Assembly: GCA_016213895.1 (NCBI GenBank)
Contig: JACQZJ010000117.1
Span: 2,361 to 66,360 of the forward strand
DNA length: 64,000 nucleotides
Direction: 5' to 3'
Origin: Planctomycetota bacterium
Lineage (GTDB): Bacteria > Planctomycetota > B15-G4 > JADJEK01
Part shown: positions 49,873 through 61,537 of the stretch, in pieces
Numbering within the stretch: position 1 is the first letter of the stretch
Layout of the letters: each line of letters opens with the position of its first letter
Notes under the pieces: model-generated
What the model saw: the letters and a program-made list of their open reading frames with translations, nothing else
Databases searched by the model: none
What the model was told of the DNA's origin: nothing
Translations under genes and position numbers: made by a program

Positions 49873-51576
49873 ATGAACAAAGAGATCTTCGGCAAGCTGC
49901 TCGGTCTCAAGAAGAGCGACGTCCACCACCTCGAGCGCCTCGCACGGCGCCGCATTCCCAGAAACCAGCCCGTCAGCCAGGAACTCGCCCAGGAGCTGGC
50001 CACCCTGTCCGCGCAGCTCAACCGGCGCATCGGCCTGTACGTGGACCGCTCCGGCCGCGTGCTGCGCGTGATCCTCGGCAGCGCCACGCGCATCGAGGTG
50101 CCCGAGCCCGCACCCACGCCCGCGGCACCCGGCCGCCTGCGCGGCATCCGCCTGGTCGAGACCGTGCTCGACACGGCGCGAAACGGCCGCGGCGGACACA
50201 TCCACCAGGACGACCTCGCCGACCTCTTGCACTTCCGCCTGGACTGCCTGGTCGAGATCGCCGTCGCCCCGAACCACAGCGCGCGCTCCGTGCGCATCGC
50301 CAACCTGCTGCCCCCGAACCAGGGCGGGCGCCGCTTCGAGGAGACGGGCGACTTGGCGCTGCAGGACCTGCCCGAGGACTTCGACGAGCAGATCCAGGCG
50401 CTCGAGCAGGAGTTCGCCGCCCAGGCTCCGCGCGTCAGGGACGTCAAGGAGCGCGAGCGCGCCCTGGCGGCCGCGCTCATCGACGGCGGCGGAGCGAGCG
50501 AGGCGGAGGCAGTCGCCGAGATCGCCGACCTGGCGCGCTCGGCCGGGGCCGCGGTCGTGGACCGCATGGCGGTGCGCGTGCGGCGCATCGACCCGCGCAC
50601 CTACCTGGGCCGCGGCGCCGCCGAGGAGGTCGAGCTGCGCGCGGTACGCGCCAACGCCGACGTCATCCTCCTCGACCGCGAGCTGTCGCCGGTCCAGGCG
50701 CGCAACCTCGAGCAGGAGCTGCGCTTCAAGATCATCGACCGCACGGCGCTCATCCTCGACATCTTCGCCCAGCGCGCGAAGTCCACGGACGGCAAGCTGC
50801 AGGTGGAGTTGGCGCGGCTCAAGTACCAGATGCCGCGCGTCGCCAACGTGCGCGGCGCCCTGTCGCGCGTGCGCGGCGGCATCGGCTCCGACCGCGGCGT
50901 GGGCGAGACCAAGGCGGCCTTGACGCGGCGCCGGCTGCGCGACCGCATCGCCGAGCTGGAGCGGCGCATCGACGATCTGTCGCTGCGCCGCCAGCAGCAG
51001 CGCAAGCAGCGCACGCGCGCCCAGCTCCGGGTCGTGTCCCTCGTCGGCTACACCAACGCCGGCAAATCCACCTTGTTCAACGCCCTGACCGGCTCGGACG
51101 TGGTGGCCGAGGACATGCTCTTCGCCACTCTCGACACGACCGCGCGGCGCCTGCATCTCCCCGGCGAACCGCGGCCCGCGGTCCTCACCGACACCGTCGG
51201 CTTCATCCGCGACCTGCCCGCGGATCTCGTCAACGCCTTCCGCGCCACGCTCGAGGGTCTGAATGAGGCTGACCTCCTGGTGCGCGTCGCGGACGCGTCG
51301 CATCCGGCCGTGCTCGAGCAGATCGAGGCGGTGAGCGGCACGCTCCGCGACCTCGGGCTGCAGAACAAGCCCATGCTGCTCCTCTTCAACAAGAAGGACA
51401 GGATCGCGGCGCACGACTTCGCGCCCATTGCCGCGCGCTACGGCGGCCTGCTCGTCTCCGCCTTCGATCAAGCCGACGTGGCCGCGATCCGCGCCGCGAT
51501 CGCCGAGGCCCTCGCCTGCCCCGGCAGGCACGCGCCCTGCTTTCCCCAGCCCGTGCCCGGACCGGCCGGGGGGTGA
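49873..51576 (+). CDS. hflX: GTPase HflX
   Basis: HflX N-domain, then G-domain: GYTNAGKSTLFN (G1), ATLDTT (G2), DTVGF (G3), NKKD (G4). Confidence 0.85.
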   Translation: MNKEIFGKLLGLKKSDVHHLERLARRRIPRNQPVSQELAQELATLSAQLNRRIGLYVDRSGRVLRVILGSATRIEVPEPAPTPAAPGRLRGIRLVETVLDTARNGRGGHIHQDDLADLLHFRLDCLVEIAVAPNHSARSVRIANLLPPNQGGRRFEETGDLALQDLPEDFDEQIQALEQEFAAQAPRVRDVKERERALAAALIDGGGASEAEAVAEIADLARSAGAAVVDRMAVRVRRIDPRTYLGRGAAEEVELRAVRANADVILLDRELSPVQARNLEQELRFKIIDRTALILDIFAQRAKSTDGKLQVELARLKYQMPRVANVRGALSRVRGGIGSDRGVGETKAALTRRRLRDRIAELERRIDDLSLRRQQQRKQRTRAQLRVVSLVGYTNAGKSTLFNALTGSDVVAEDMLFATLDTTARRLHLPGEPRPAVLTDTVGFIRDLPADLVNAFRATLEGLNEADLLVRVADASHPAVLEQIEAVSGTLRDLGLQNKPMLLLFNKKDRIAAHDFAPIAARYGGLLVSAFDQADVAAIRAAIAEALACPGRHAPCFPQPVPGPAGG

Positions 51577-51918
51577 CGCGCGCGGCTGTTTGGCTGGGAT
51601 CCAGAGGGCAGTGAGATCCGAGGAGCGATCGCAGCCGTTTCCCCGCTTCCGGGGACGGATGCGCGCCTTCCGGTGCACCGTGTGCGCGACGAATGATGGG
51701 TGGCCTGCCAGCGGCGGAGGCGAAGCTCGCGGGTCGGTGCGGCGAAGGAACGGACGGCGTGGTGGCGACGGCGGCGCGGCCGTCCCCTTCACTGGGGAAA
51801 CGCTGCTCCGCTCCTCAGACGCGCCGTCTCGGTGCTCAGAGCGAGGTGGGCCTGCTCCCTTTCAACATACTTGCGGACGGCGGTCGCGGGCGGGAGCCCG
51901 CTCGCGCCCCAGAATGGC

Positions 51919-51942
51919 GCACCGCGCGGGGACGCGCGGTGC
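51919..51942. terminator. GC-rich 10-bp stem / 4-nt loop hairpin (gcaccgcgcg-ggga-cgcgcggtgc) just 3' of the minus-strand gene ending at 51998
   Basis: Perfect inverted repeat read directly. No clear U-tract on either strand, so only terminator-like. Confidence 0.3.
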
Positions 51943-51997
51943 CACAGGCGTCGCAGTCGCGCACGCCGAGCGCCGGCCATTCGGCGCGGCGCCGCCG

Positions 51998-52873
51998 TCA
52001 GTCGAACGTGGCCGTGAGCAGCATCTTGGTCAGGTCGCCACTTGCAGCGCCGCTGAAGTGGACCATGACAAGCACGTCCTGTTCCGGGGCCAGGGAGAAT
52101 CCCGAGATCTCGAAGGTGGTGCCGTCGATCACCGTCGCGGTCGCGCCGGACACCAGCGGGTAGCCTGTCGTGTTCTCCCGCAACGACACGGATTGCACGC
52201 TCAGGTTCGACTCGGCCCGGAAGCTCATCACCCCATCGAGTTGGATCAGGTTCTTTCGCCCGTCGTCGTTCACCACCCGGCCCACGACCTGGGCGTGCCA
52301 CGTGTCCGGGTTTGCCTTGCGAATCTGGTCGGTCGCCCAGGACAGGGTGAAGGTCCCATACCCGCTGGATTCGGCTGAAGCGATGCTTGCGGAGTACGTC
52401 ACCGTCACGACGTTCGTGCTGTTGCCCGCGGCATCGCAGCCCGTGAGCACGCAGGTGAGCGTCGCCGCGCCGCCGGGGCACGGCGGGCCGAACTGATTGC
52501 TGGCGTCGCCCGGGGCGAAGTGCACGAACTGTCCGCCCCCCTCGGTGCAGTTCTGCGGGCCGTCGCCGTCCGCCGTGTGTGCGCCGTTCGTGAGGGACGA
52601 ATCCCCGATCGCCGGAGTGCCGGCGTCGCCTGAGTCCTTTCCATTGAACGAGATGGTCACGTCGTGCCACACCTTCCCCGTCTCGTTGAAGATCGTGATC
52701 ACGATCTTCCCACCGTTCGCCTGCAGCGCGCCTGTGTCGACATCGGCAGACGTAGGTCCATCCTTGACGCGCGCCGTGACCCCGACGGCCGTGTCGGCAC
52801 GCGCAGCGGCGCTCATTGCCACGATCCCGAGCATGAACGCAACCGCAGCGGTTGGCAGCCTGGAGAGCTTCAT
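51998..52873 (-). CDS. secreted hypothetical protein (Gly/Thr/Ser-rich beta-type)
   Basis: Signal peptide MKLSRLPTAAVAFMLGIVAMSAAARA. The long N-terminal extension of the raw ORF was rejected. Confidence 0.45.
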   Translation of the reverse strand: MKLSRLPTAAVAFMLGIVAMSAAARADTAVGVTARVKDGPTSADVDTGALQANGGKIVITIFNETGKVWHDVTISFNGKDSGDAGTPAIGDSSLTNGAHTADGDGPQNCTEGGGQFVHFAPGDASNQFGPPCPGGAATLTCVLTGCDAAGNSTNVVTVTYSASIASAESSGYGTFTLSWATDQIRKANPDTWHAQVVGRVVNDDGRKNLIQLDGVMSFRAESNLSVQSVSLRENTTGYPLVSGATATVIDGTTFEISGFSLAPEQDVLVMVHFSGAASGDLTKMLLTATFD

Positions 52874-53088
52874 GTTCTTCCATCCTCCTAAATCGCCGCG
52901 CTTCAGCTGCTCACCCCCACCTCTGGCATCCCAAGGGAAAGCACCCGCGCGACTGCGCGCAGCGCTCGTCTTGTACCTCGGTCCCACGCCGGCCGCAAGG
53001 TCGAGAGCGCGGGCTCGGCGCATCCGGCGGCCTCGGGCCGCGCCGTGATCCCCTGATCCGCTGCTTGCCCGCGGCCCGGCCCGCCGCC

Positions 53089-54147
53089 CTACGTCTTGAC
53101 GTTGTCGATCAGCACCACGCCGAGGGAGCCGAAGAAGATCACGCCGAACCAGGCGGCCAGCACCGGGTGCAGCACGTCCTTGTCCCCCAGGTTGCGCATG
53201 AGGGCGTCGAAAGAGAAGTAGGCCGCGCAGATGACGATCGCGATCACCATGCCGAGCAGAAGGCTGCGGCCGCTCTGCCTGAGCACGAAGGGCAGCGCCA
53301 GCAGAAGGAGCAGCAGGTTCGAGAGGGGGAAGGTCAGGTGGTAGTGCAACAGCACCTTCCACTTGGCTTCCTGGGTCTTCTCGTAGAGGTACTGCGCCTG
53401 CGAGTACGACAGGTCGTGCGGCCCACGCTTCCTCGAGACGATGAGGCTCGGGGTGAGCGCGGCCGGCATGCTCCGCACCTCCTTCGCGGCCGCGCCCGTC
53501 GCGTCCACGCTCTCCGCCTCGTAGAGGAAGGCGCCCGCCCCCTCGTCCCACCAGGCGTTGCTTCCCGCCACGGAGGGCTCGTCCGGCTTCCCCAGGTCCG
53601 AGATGTCGAAGCAGGCGATCGCCTTCTTGTTGACGTCGTAGCCCTGGACCGTCACCACGCAGCCGTTGCCCAGGGAGTAGAAGTCGGAGACCAGGCTGGT
53701 CTCCTCCGCGTCGAAGAGCAGCTTCTTGCAGCGGTCGCGCGAGTCGGCGAGCGACGGCGACACGTACTCCTGCACCGCCACCATGAACGCGGCGAGAAGC
53801 AGGGAGAAGGCGAAGACGGGCACGAGCACGCGGAACACGGACAGGCCGGCGACGATCATCGGCACCAGCTCGTTGTTGCGGCGCAGGCGCGTGATGGCGA
53901 ACATGGCCGCCACCACGGTGACGAACGGGGCGACCTGCAGGAAGATGAAGGGCACCATCAGGGAGTAGTACTGCAGCAGCAGCATGCCGCTGGAGTGCCC
54001 CAGCTCCCGCACCGCTGCCGCGTTCTCGACGATCTCGTCGCTCTTGCCGAACAGGTCGATGACGACGAACATCCCGACGAAGAACAGCAGGCAGACCCCG
54101 TAGGAGGAGAGGAAGTAGCTGGAAACGTAGCGGTCGAGCCTCGACAC
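53089..54147 (-). CDS. lptG: LptG-like LPS export permease (YjgP/YjgQ family)
   Basis: LDRYVSSYFLSSYGVCLLFFVGMFVVIDLF N-terminus typical of LptF/G; 6 TM segments. GTG start with GGAGG 10 nt upstream. Confidence 0.65.
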   Translation of the reverse strand: MSRLDRYVSSYFLSSYGVCLLFFVGMFVVIDLFGKSDEIVENAAAVRELGHSSGMLLLQYYSLMVPFIFLQVAPFVTVVAAMFAITRLRRNNELVPMIVAGLSVFRVLVPVFAFSLLLAAFMVAVQEYVSPSLADSRDRCKKLLFDAEETSLVSDFYSLGNGCVVTVQGYDVNKKAIACFDISDLGKPDEPSVAGSNAWWDEGAGAFLYEAESVDATGAAAKEVRSMPAALTPSLIVSRKRGPHDLSYSQAQYLYEKTQEAKWKVLLHYHLTFPLSNLLLLLLALPFVLRQSGRSLLLGMVIAIVICAAYFSFDALMRNLGDKDVLHPVLAAWFGVIFFGSLGVVLIDNVKT

Positions 54148-54154
54148 TCGCGCG

Positions 54155-55234
54155 CTACCTCCGCACCACCACCGAGGTGAGGCCCACGCCCAGCGCGAGG
54201 AGCACGATCGACCCTGACCAGATCGCGAGGATGGGATGCAGGTCCGTCTCCTTCGCCAGCACCTCGCCGAGCATGAAGGTCGGGTAGTAGACCACGAGCG
54301 CGATGAGAATGGCGATGACGAATGCCACCATGCGGTTGCCGTGCCGGAAGATGATCGCCAGCGGGACCCCGACCAGCACGAAGAGCACGCAGGCCAGAGC
54401 CCCGGCCACGCGCCGGTGGAACTCGCTGCGCACCGCGCGCTGCTTGAAGGCGCCATCGAACTTCCTGCCCTCGGCGGCGACCAGCTCGGCGAGCGTATGG
54501 TGCTTGAGCTTCTTCTCCTTGGCCTCCTCGCGCAGCGGGATCGAGTAGGTCATCTCCTGGAAGAAGCCGTCCTTGCCCGATCCCTGCAGGGCGCGCACCC
54601 CCTCCATGTGGAAGCGCAGCAGGCCGCGCTTGTGGTCGGGATCGAGGCGCGCCCGGTCCGCGAGATACTCTTGCTCAGGCGGGTGCGGGCCCTCGCCCTT
54701 GGGGTAGACCTTGATGCGCACGTTGAGCAGCCGGTCCAGCTCGTCCACCCCTCCCCACATGATCTGCGTCGTCTTGCTGATCTTGAACGAGTTGCCGCCC
54801 CGGTCCATGAGGGACTTGACCACGCTGTCCAGGCCGGCCTCGAGCAGCTCGTCCTCCTGGAACTCCATGGCCGGCGCCACGCGGTCGGCGACGTGCAGGA
54901 CCAGGTAGCTCCCGACCAGGCCGAAGAGCAGGGCGGGCGTGAGGGCCACGTGCAGGTGAACGCCGCTCGCCCGCATGGCGTTGATCTCGTTCTCCGCCGA
55001 GACCCGGCCGTAGGTGAGCACCACCGCCACGAGCACGGTCATCGGCAGCATCTCGTCCAGGTGCGTGGTGATGAAGAACCACACGCTGATCCCGAAGTTG
55101 ACCAGCGTGAAGAACTCCGCCTTGTGCAGGAACTGGATCGACCCGCCGACGATGAAGATGAGGATGACCACGGCGAAGGTGATCGCCGCGTTCACCGTGA
55201 GCTCCTTCAGGAGGTAGCGCTGGAGAATGGGCAC
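54155..55234 (-). CDS. lptF: LptF-like LPS export permease (YjgP/YjgQ family)
   Basis: MPILQRYLLKELTVNAAITFAVVILIFIVGGSIQFL N-terminus; paired with the downstream homologue. Confidence 0.65.
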   Translation of the reverse strand: MPILQRYLLKELTVNAAITFAVVILIFIVGGSIQFLHKAEFFTLVNFGISVWFFITTHLDEMLPMTVLVAVVLTYGRVSAENEINAMRASGVHLHVALTPALLFGLVGSYLVLHVADRVAPAMEFQEDELLEAGLDSVVKSLMDRGGNSFKISKTTQIMWGGVDELDRLLNVRIKVYPKGEGPHPPEQEYLADRARLDPDHKRGLLRFHMEGVRALQGSGKDGFFQEMTYSIPLREEAKEKKLKHHTLAELVAAEGRKFDGAFKQRAVRSEFHRRVAGALACVLFVLVGVPLAIIFRHGNRMVAFVIAILIALVVYYPTFMLGEVLAKETDLHPILAIWSGSIVLLALGVGLTSVVVRR

Positions 55235-55779
55235 GTCGTCGCCGCCCTGCCGGGGGAACGCAGCCGGGCCGGCACCCGCAAAAGGCGGAGATTATAGGGC
55301 ATGGGCCGCCCGGGAACGAACGGCGCTTTCACCTCGCCCCTGGCAGCGGCGCCTCGCGCCGCACCCGCCCGGATCCCGCCATCGGGCGGCGCGCCTCCCA
55401 TTTTTTGGAAAGTGGGCGGAACATCGGCCGGCCGGGCTCACTCCAAGTGCTGCGCGTTCGCCACTCGCGGACGAGCTGGAACACCTGCGCAAGAAAACGC
55501 GACCCGAAACGAGGGGGCCTTGACGCCGGCGCCGATTCTCGACGCGCCGCGCGGCATGGTCTGCCTCGAACGGCGCTTACGAATGCCGCTCCAGCGCCGT
55601 TGACGGCGCACCCAGGTTCGACACCGCTCCTCCCGCGAGGAAGCGGCGCTGGAGCAATCACCTCCGGCGGCATTCCCCCAGATGCCGCCGGATTCTCTTT
55701 CTTCGGCACCCCCTCGGCTCGCGCCCGCCGCGGGCGCGCACTACCACTTGCGAGCGGCCGGCGGCTATGGTGCTGCGTC

Positions 55780-56895
55780 ATGCCGCCTCTCCCGGATCTC
55801 GCCCAGAGCCTGCTCGCCTGGTACGACCGCCACAAGCGCAACTTGCCGTGGCGGCGCACCTCCGCTCCCTGGGCGATCCTGGTCTCCGAGGTCATGCTGC
55901 AGCAGACGCGGGTCGAGGTCGTGCTCGACTACTACGAGCGCTTCCTGCGGCGCTACCCCGACGCGCAGAGCCTGGCCGCGGTCAGCGAAGCAGACCTCCT
56001 GGCCGCGTGGTCCGGCCTCGGCTACTACCGCCGCGCCCGCCACCTGCAGGCCGCGGCCCGGGCCATCGTGGAGAAGCACGGCGGCGCCTTCCCGCGCGAC
56101 TTCGACGCCATCCTCTCCCTGCAGGGGGTCGGGCGCTCCACAGCGGGCGCGGTGGCGAGCATCGCCTTCGGCCTGCCCTACCCCGTCGTCGACGGCAACG
56201 TGGCGCGCGTGCTTGCGCGCCTCTTCCTGCTGGAAGGCGACCTCAGGAGGCGCGCGCTCGCCCGGCGCTTCTGGGACCTGGCCGAGGAGCTCCTGGACCG
56301 CAAACGCCCCGGCGACTGCAACCAGGCGTTCATGGAACTGGGCGCGGTCACCTGCCTGCGGAAGAAGCCGCGCTGCCTGCTCTGCCCGCTCGCGGGCCAG
56401 TGCCGGGCGCGGCGCGAAGGGCGCTGCGACGACTTCCCGGCGCGCCGCGCCAGGAGGCCGCCCGTCCCGGTGCGCCTGGTCGCGGTCCTCTTGCGCCAGG
56501 GGAACGCGGTCGCCCTGGTCAAACGCGCGCCCGGCACCTTGATGGCGGGCCTCCTCGACGTGCCGGCGCTCGAGGTCGGCGCGAGCGACGACGCGCGCGC
56601 GAGCGCGGCGCGCTGGCTCAAGGACCGCTTCGGCCTGGGCGTGCGCGGCCTGGAGCAGGCCGGCGTGGCGCGCCACGCCATCACCCACCGCCGCGTCCGG
56701 GTCGAGGTCTTCGCGGCGCAGCCGGCGGCGCGCGAGACGGCCGCGCTCATCCGCGAGGCGCGCGGCGGGCACGCGCCCGCGGGGATCGCCCCGGAGCCGG
56801 ACGAGCAAGGCCTGCTCTTCGTTGCGCCCGAAGAGACGCGGAACCTGGCGCTCTCGGCCCTGGCGCGCAAGATCTTGGCCGCCGGCGGGCTCTGA
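55780..56895 (+). CDS. mutY: A/G-specific adenine DNA glycosylase MutY
   Basis: LLAWYDRHKRNLPWR…VSEVMLQQTRV…HhH-GPD (LQGVGRSTAGAVASIAFG), 4Fe-4S loop CLRKKPRCLLCPLAGQC, C-terminal NUDIX-like domain. Confidence 0.85.
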   Translation: MPPLPDLAQSLLAWYDRHKRNLPWRRTSAPWAILVSEVMLQQTRVEVVLDYYERFLRRYPDAQSLAAVSEADLLAAWSGLGYYRRARHLQAAARAIVEKHGGAFPRDFDAILSLQGVGRSTAGAVASIAFGLPYPVVDGNVARVLARLFLLEGDLRRRALARRFWDLAEELLDRKRPGDCNQAFMELGAVTCLRKKPRCLLCPLAGQCRARREGRCDDFPARRARRPPVPVRLVAVLLRQGNAVALVKRAPGTLMAGLLDVPALEVGASDDARASAARWLKDRFGLGVRGLEQAGVARHAITHRRVRVEVFAAQPAARETAALIREARGGHAPAGIAPEPDEQGLLFVAPEETRNLALSALARKILAAGGL

Positions 56896-57129
56896 CAGCG
56901 GGTTGAACAAGTCATCCTGCCTGCGGCGGCGCCTCTCGGCCGATCTCCGCGTCGCGTGACCCTCGGCGGAGCAGCGTTTCTCCGGGAAAGGGGGCGGCCG
57001 CAACTTCCTACCACTTCACCCCGCTCGTACCTCACGCCGCAGAACCGCAAGCATCGCCTTCGCCTCGACGAGCCACTGCTCGTTCCTCGCGCACTCGATG
57101 CACCGGTTGTTGCGCAGCCGCCCCCGGCC

Positions 57130-57239
57130 CCGGAGAAACGGCTGCGACGCTCCCCCACGCCTCCCCTCCCTTCCCGATCCGGGAAGAACCGCTGCGACGC
57201 TCCTCTCCCCTCCGGCTCCGGGAAACCGCGCTACGCGCG
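57130..57239. repeat. imperfect intergenic tandem repeat, three units of about 40-49 bp (ccggRgaaRaacSgctgcgacgctcc…)
   Basis: ccggagaaacggctgcgacgctccc (57130), ccgggaagaaccgctgcgacgctcc (57179), ccgggaaaccgcgctacgcgcg (57218), separated by C/T-rich spacers. Lies between the convergent mutY and radical-SAM genes. Confidence 0.45.
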
Positions 57240-58955
57240 TTTCCCGCCCAGCACGATCCTCTCCATCTCGGCGATCGTCTCGGCGCGGCCCGAGCCGTCC
57301 ATCTCCCCCAGGCCCCAGTGGTCGATGCACGCCACGCGGTGGCGCAGCTTGTAGTAGCGGCGCACGTCCTGCAGGCCTTCCTCCCCGCGCGCGGCGAAAG
57401 ACGCGGCGCCGTCGAAGGCGTAGGGCCCGGAGTAGGCGCCGCCGCGCCGCACCTCGCGGAGCAGCCGGTCGCGCTGGTGAAAGGCGCCGGCCACGTCCAG
57501 CGTGTCGTGCCGCCAGTCGAGCAGGATGCCCTCGAGCCCCCAGGTCGCGCGCTCCTTGTCGACCGGCGTGAGCGGCGTGACGTTGTGCACCCAGCAGTTG
57601 TACCAGTGGAAGGCGCTGCCGCGGTCCGGGAAGGAGTTGAGCAGCTCGATGGTGCGGTCGATCGTGCCCTGCGTCTCGCCGGGAAAGCCGATGACGAGCG
57701 TGCTGAGCGTGGACACGCCCGCGTCGTTGAGCAGTTCCATGGCCCGCCGCACGCGCTCCGGGCGCTGCACCTTGCGCATGGCGCGCAGCAGTTCCACGTC
57801 GCCCGACTCCAGCCCGAGCATCAGGAAGTTGCAGCCCGACTCCTTGATCCAGCGGATGTTCTCCTCGGTGATCGAGTCAAGGCGCATGAAGCCCGACCAC
57901 GAGAAGGGGAAGCTCTCCTCCACCATCATGCGGCAGTAGTCGTTCACCGCCTTCTTCGACAGGAAGAGGTTGTCGTCGACGAAGGACACGTGCTTGATGA
58001 CGTCGCTGCGCGCCGCGATGCGGCGCAGCTCCGCGCGCAGCACGTCGACGCTCTTCAGCGAGAAGTCGGGATGCAGCACGACGAAGGAGCAGAACTTGCA
58101 GCGCATCGGGCAGCCGCGGCTGCCGCGGATGGCCACCTCGCGGCCCAGGTACTTCCTGTCGAGCGTGTCCCAGGCCACGCCCTCGTCGTCCACCGCCACC
58201 TCTTCCGGCCGGCGCGGGTTCACGACCCAGCGGCCGCCCGCGGCGCAGGCCACGTTCGGCAGGTTCTGCCAGGAGAGGCCGGCGCGCAGCCGGCGCGCCA
58301 CCTCGGCGAGCGTGCCCTCGCCGCGCTCGTCGATGATGGCCAGGTCGATGGACGGGTCAGGCGGCGCGCCGCCGAAGAAGTAGGTCTGCTGCACCTGGGG
58401 GTGGGCGAAGTGGTGCGGCGCCTCCTCCATGACCTTGTGCGAGTAGAGCACGAGCGGCCCGCCCACGACGATCGGCACCCCCGGCGCCGCCTGGCGCATG
58501 CGCCGCGTGGTGACCTCGACCTGGTTCCTTCCGGTGAGGAAGGTGGTCGAGAGGGCGATGATGCGCGGTCCCTGCGCCACGCACTCCAGGAACCTCCCCC
58601 ACTCCAGGGCCAGGTCGTTGATCAGCTCCACGCCGAGGCCCTGCTTCACCAGATGGTCGGTCACGTAGATGCCGTTGCCGAAGCGCGTCGCGACCTCGCC
58701 GCTGAGCGTGGTGGTGAACTCGCGGATCTCCTCGGCCGTGAGGGAGAAGCGCCGGCCGTGCTGGAACCAGTTCTCGGCCGCCATCAGGGACATCTGCACC
58801 CCGTCCTCGAGCCAGACGGGAGCCGAGGCGCGCACCAGGCGGTGCACTTCCTTCGGGGTCAGGCCGTACCGGTCCTGCAGGTAGGCGTAGTCCTCCTCGG
58901 GGAAGTGGCTGCCGCCGACGGAATCCGAAGACACGAAGAGGACGTCATAGGGCAA
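57231..58955 (-). CDS. B12-binding domain radical SAM protein
   Basis: N-terminal cobalamin-binding-like Rossmann region; CxxxCxxC radical-SAM motif as GCPMRCKFCS. Confidence 0.8.
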   Translation of the reverse strand: MPYDVLFVSSDSVGGSHFPEEDYAYLQDRYGLTPKEVHRLVRASAPVWLEDGVQMSLMAAENWFQHGRRFSLTAEEIREFTTTLSGEVATRFGNGIYVTDHLVKQGLGVELINDLALEWGRFLECVAQGPRIIALSTTFLTGRNQVEVTTRRMRQAAPGVPIVVGGPLVLYSHKVMEEAPHHFAHPQVQQTYFFGGAPPDPSIDLAIIDERGEGTLAEVARRLRAGLSWQNLPNVACAAGGRWVVNPRRPEEVAVDDEGVAWDTLDRKYLGREVAIRGSRGCPMRCKFCSFVVLHPDFSLKSVDVLRAELRRIAARSDVIKHVSFVDDNLFLSKKAVNDYCRMMVEESFPFSWSGFMRLDSITEENIRWIKESGCNFLMLGLESGDVELLRAMRKVQRPERVRRAMELLNDAGVSTLSTLVIGFPGETQGTIDRTIELLNSFPDRGSAFHWYNCWVHNVTPLTPVDKERATWGLEGILLDWRHDTLDVAGAFHQRDRLLREVRRGGAYSGPYAFDGAASFAARGEEGLQDVRRYYKLRHRVACIDHWGLGEMDGSGRAETIAEMERIVLGGKRA

Positions 58956-58980
58956 GGTCAGGCTCCTTCGCGCGCGGACC

Positions 58981-59916
58981 TCATGCCCCCTCCTGGGCCT
59001 CCAGCCAGCGCTCCGCGTCGATCGCCGCCGCGCAGCCGCTGCCGGCCGCGGTGATTGCCTGGCGCCAGGTCGGGTCCATCACGTCGCCGCAGGCGAACAC
59101 CCCGGCGACGCTGGTGCGCGTCGTCCTGGTGGTCTTCAGATAGCCGACATCGTCCAGGTCGAGCTGGCCCCTGAAGATTTCCGTGTTGGGCGCGTGGCCG
59201 ATGGCGACGAACAGCCCCTCGGTCTCGCGCACGGCGATCTCGCCGGTGCGCGGGTCCTTGAGTCGGAGCGCCGTCACCGCCTTCTTCTGCACGTCGAGGA
59301 TCTCCTCCACGACCGCGTGCCAGACGAAGTCGATCTTCTCGTTGCGGCGCGCGCGCTCCTGCATGATCTTGGAGGCGCGCAGCTCGCCGCGCCGGTGGAT
59401 GAGGTGCACCTTGCGCGCGAAGCGCGTCAAGAACATGGCCTCCTCCAGCGCCGTGTCGCCGCCGCCGACGATGCACACGTCCCGGTCCTTGAAGAAGAAG
59501 CCGTCGCAGGTGGCGCAGGCCGACACGCCGTAGCCCATGAGCCGCCGCTCCGACTCGATGCCGAGCAGGCGAGCGGTGGCGCCGGTGGCGACGATCACCG
59601 CCCGGGCGAGGTGCTCCTTCCCTTCGGACACCACCTTGAACGGCCGCGCGCGGAAGTCGACCTGGTCGACGTTCTGCGGCACGGTCTCGGCGCCACAACG
59701 CTCGGCCTGGCGCTTGAACAGGTCCATCAGCTCAGGGCCCTTGACCCCCTCGGGGAAGCCCGGGAAATTCTCCACGTCGGTGGTGATCATGAGCTGGCCG
59801 CCCGGCTGCACCCCCTCGAAGAGCAAGGGCGCCAGGTTGGCGCGCGCGCAGTAGACCCCGGCCGGGTAGCCGGCCGGGCCGGAACCGATGATGATCACGT
59901 TGCGCACGTCGCTCAT
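58981..59916 (-). CDS. trxB: thioredoxin-disulfide reductase
   Basis: GSGPAGY FAD motif, redox CATCDG, NADPH motif GGGDTA. Confidence 0.9.
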   Translation of the reverse strand: MSDVRNVIIIGSGPAGYPAGVYCARANLAPLLFEGVQPGGQLMITTDVENFPGFPEGVKGPELMDLFKRQAERCGAETVPQNVDQVDFRARPFKVVSEGKEHLARAVIVATGATARLLGIESERRLMGYGVSACATCDGFFFKDRDVCIVGGGDTALEEAMFLTRFARKVHLIHRRGELRASKIMQERARRNEKIDFVWHAVVEEILDVQKKAVTALRLKDPRTGEIAVRETEGLFVAIGHAPNTEIFRGQLDLDDVGYLKTTRTTRTSVAGVFACGDVMDPTWRQAITAAGSGCAAAIDAERWLEAQEGA

Positions 59917-59958
59917 GGACTCCTCCTCAGCGCGGGCCTGGCGCTCGCCGCCCGTCCG

Positions 59959-61359
<1,401 letters not shown>

Positions 61360-61537
61360 GATTGCAGCGACTCCGGGGCGTTCTGCTTGCCTTGGGGGCG
61401 AAACGCCGCATGCTACGCCGTTCGCTCGCCCCGGGCAAGCGCGCAACGGAACGTCCGCGGCGCCGCAATGGACTTCGGCCGCTCCCGCGGTTCTACTTCC
61501 CGCCCGCGACAGAGGCTGGCGGCGCGAGAGCGACGAC

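Noticed and set aside
57130-57239. Possible CRISPR array
   Set aside because: The repeats are imperfect and of unequal length, there are only three units, and intervening segments of at most 20 bp are too short for spacers. No cas genes are nearby.
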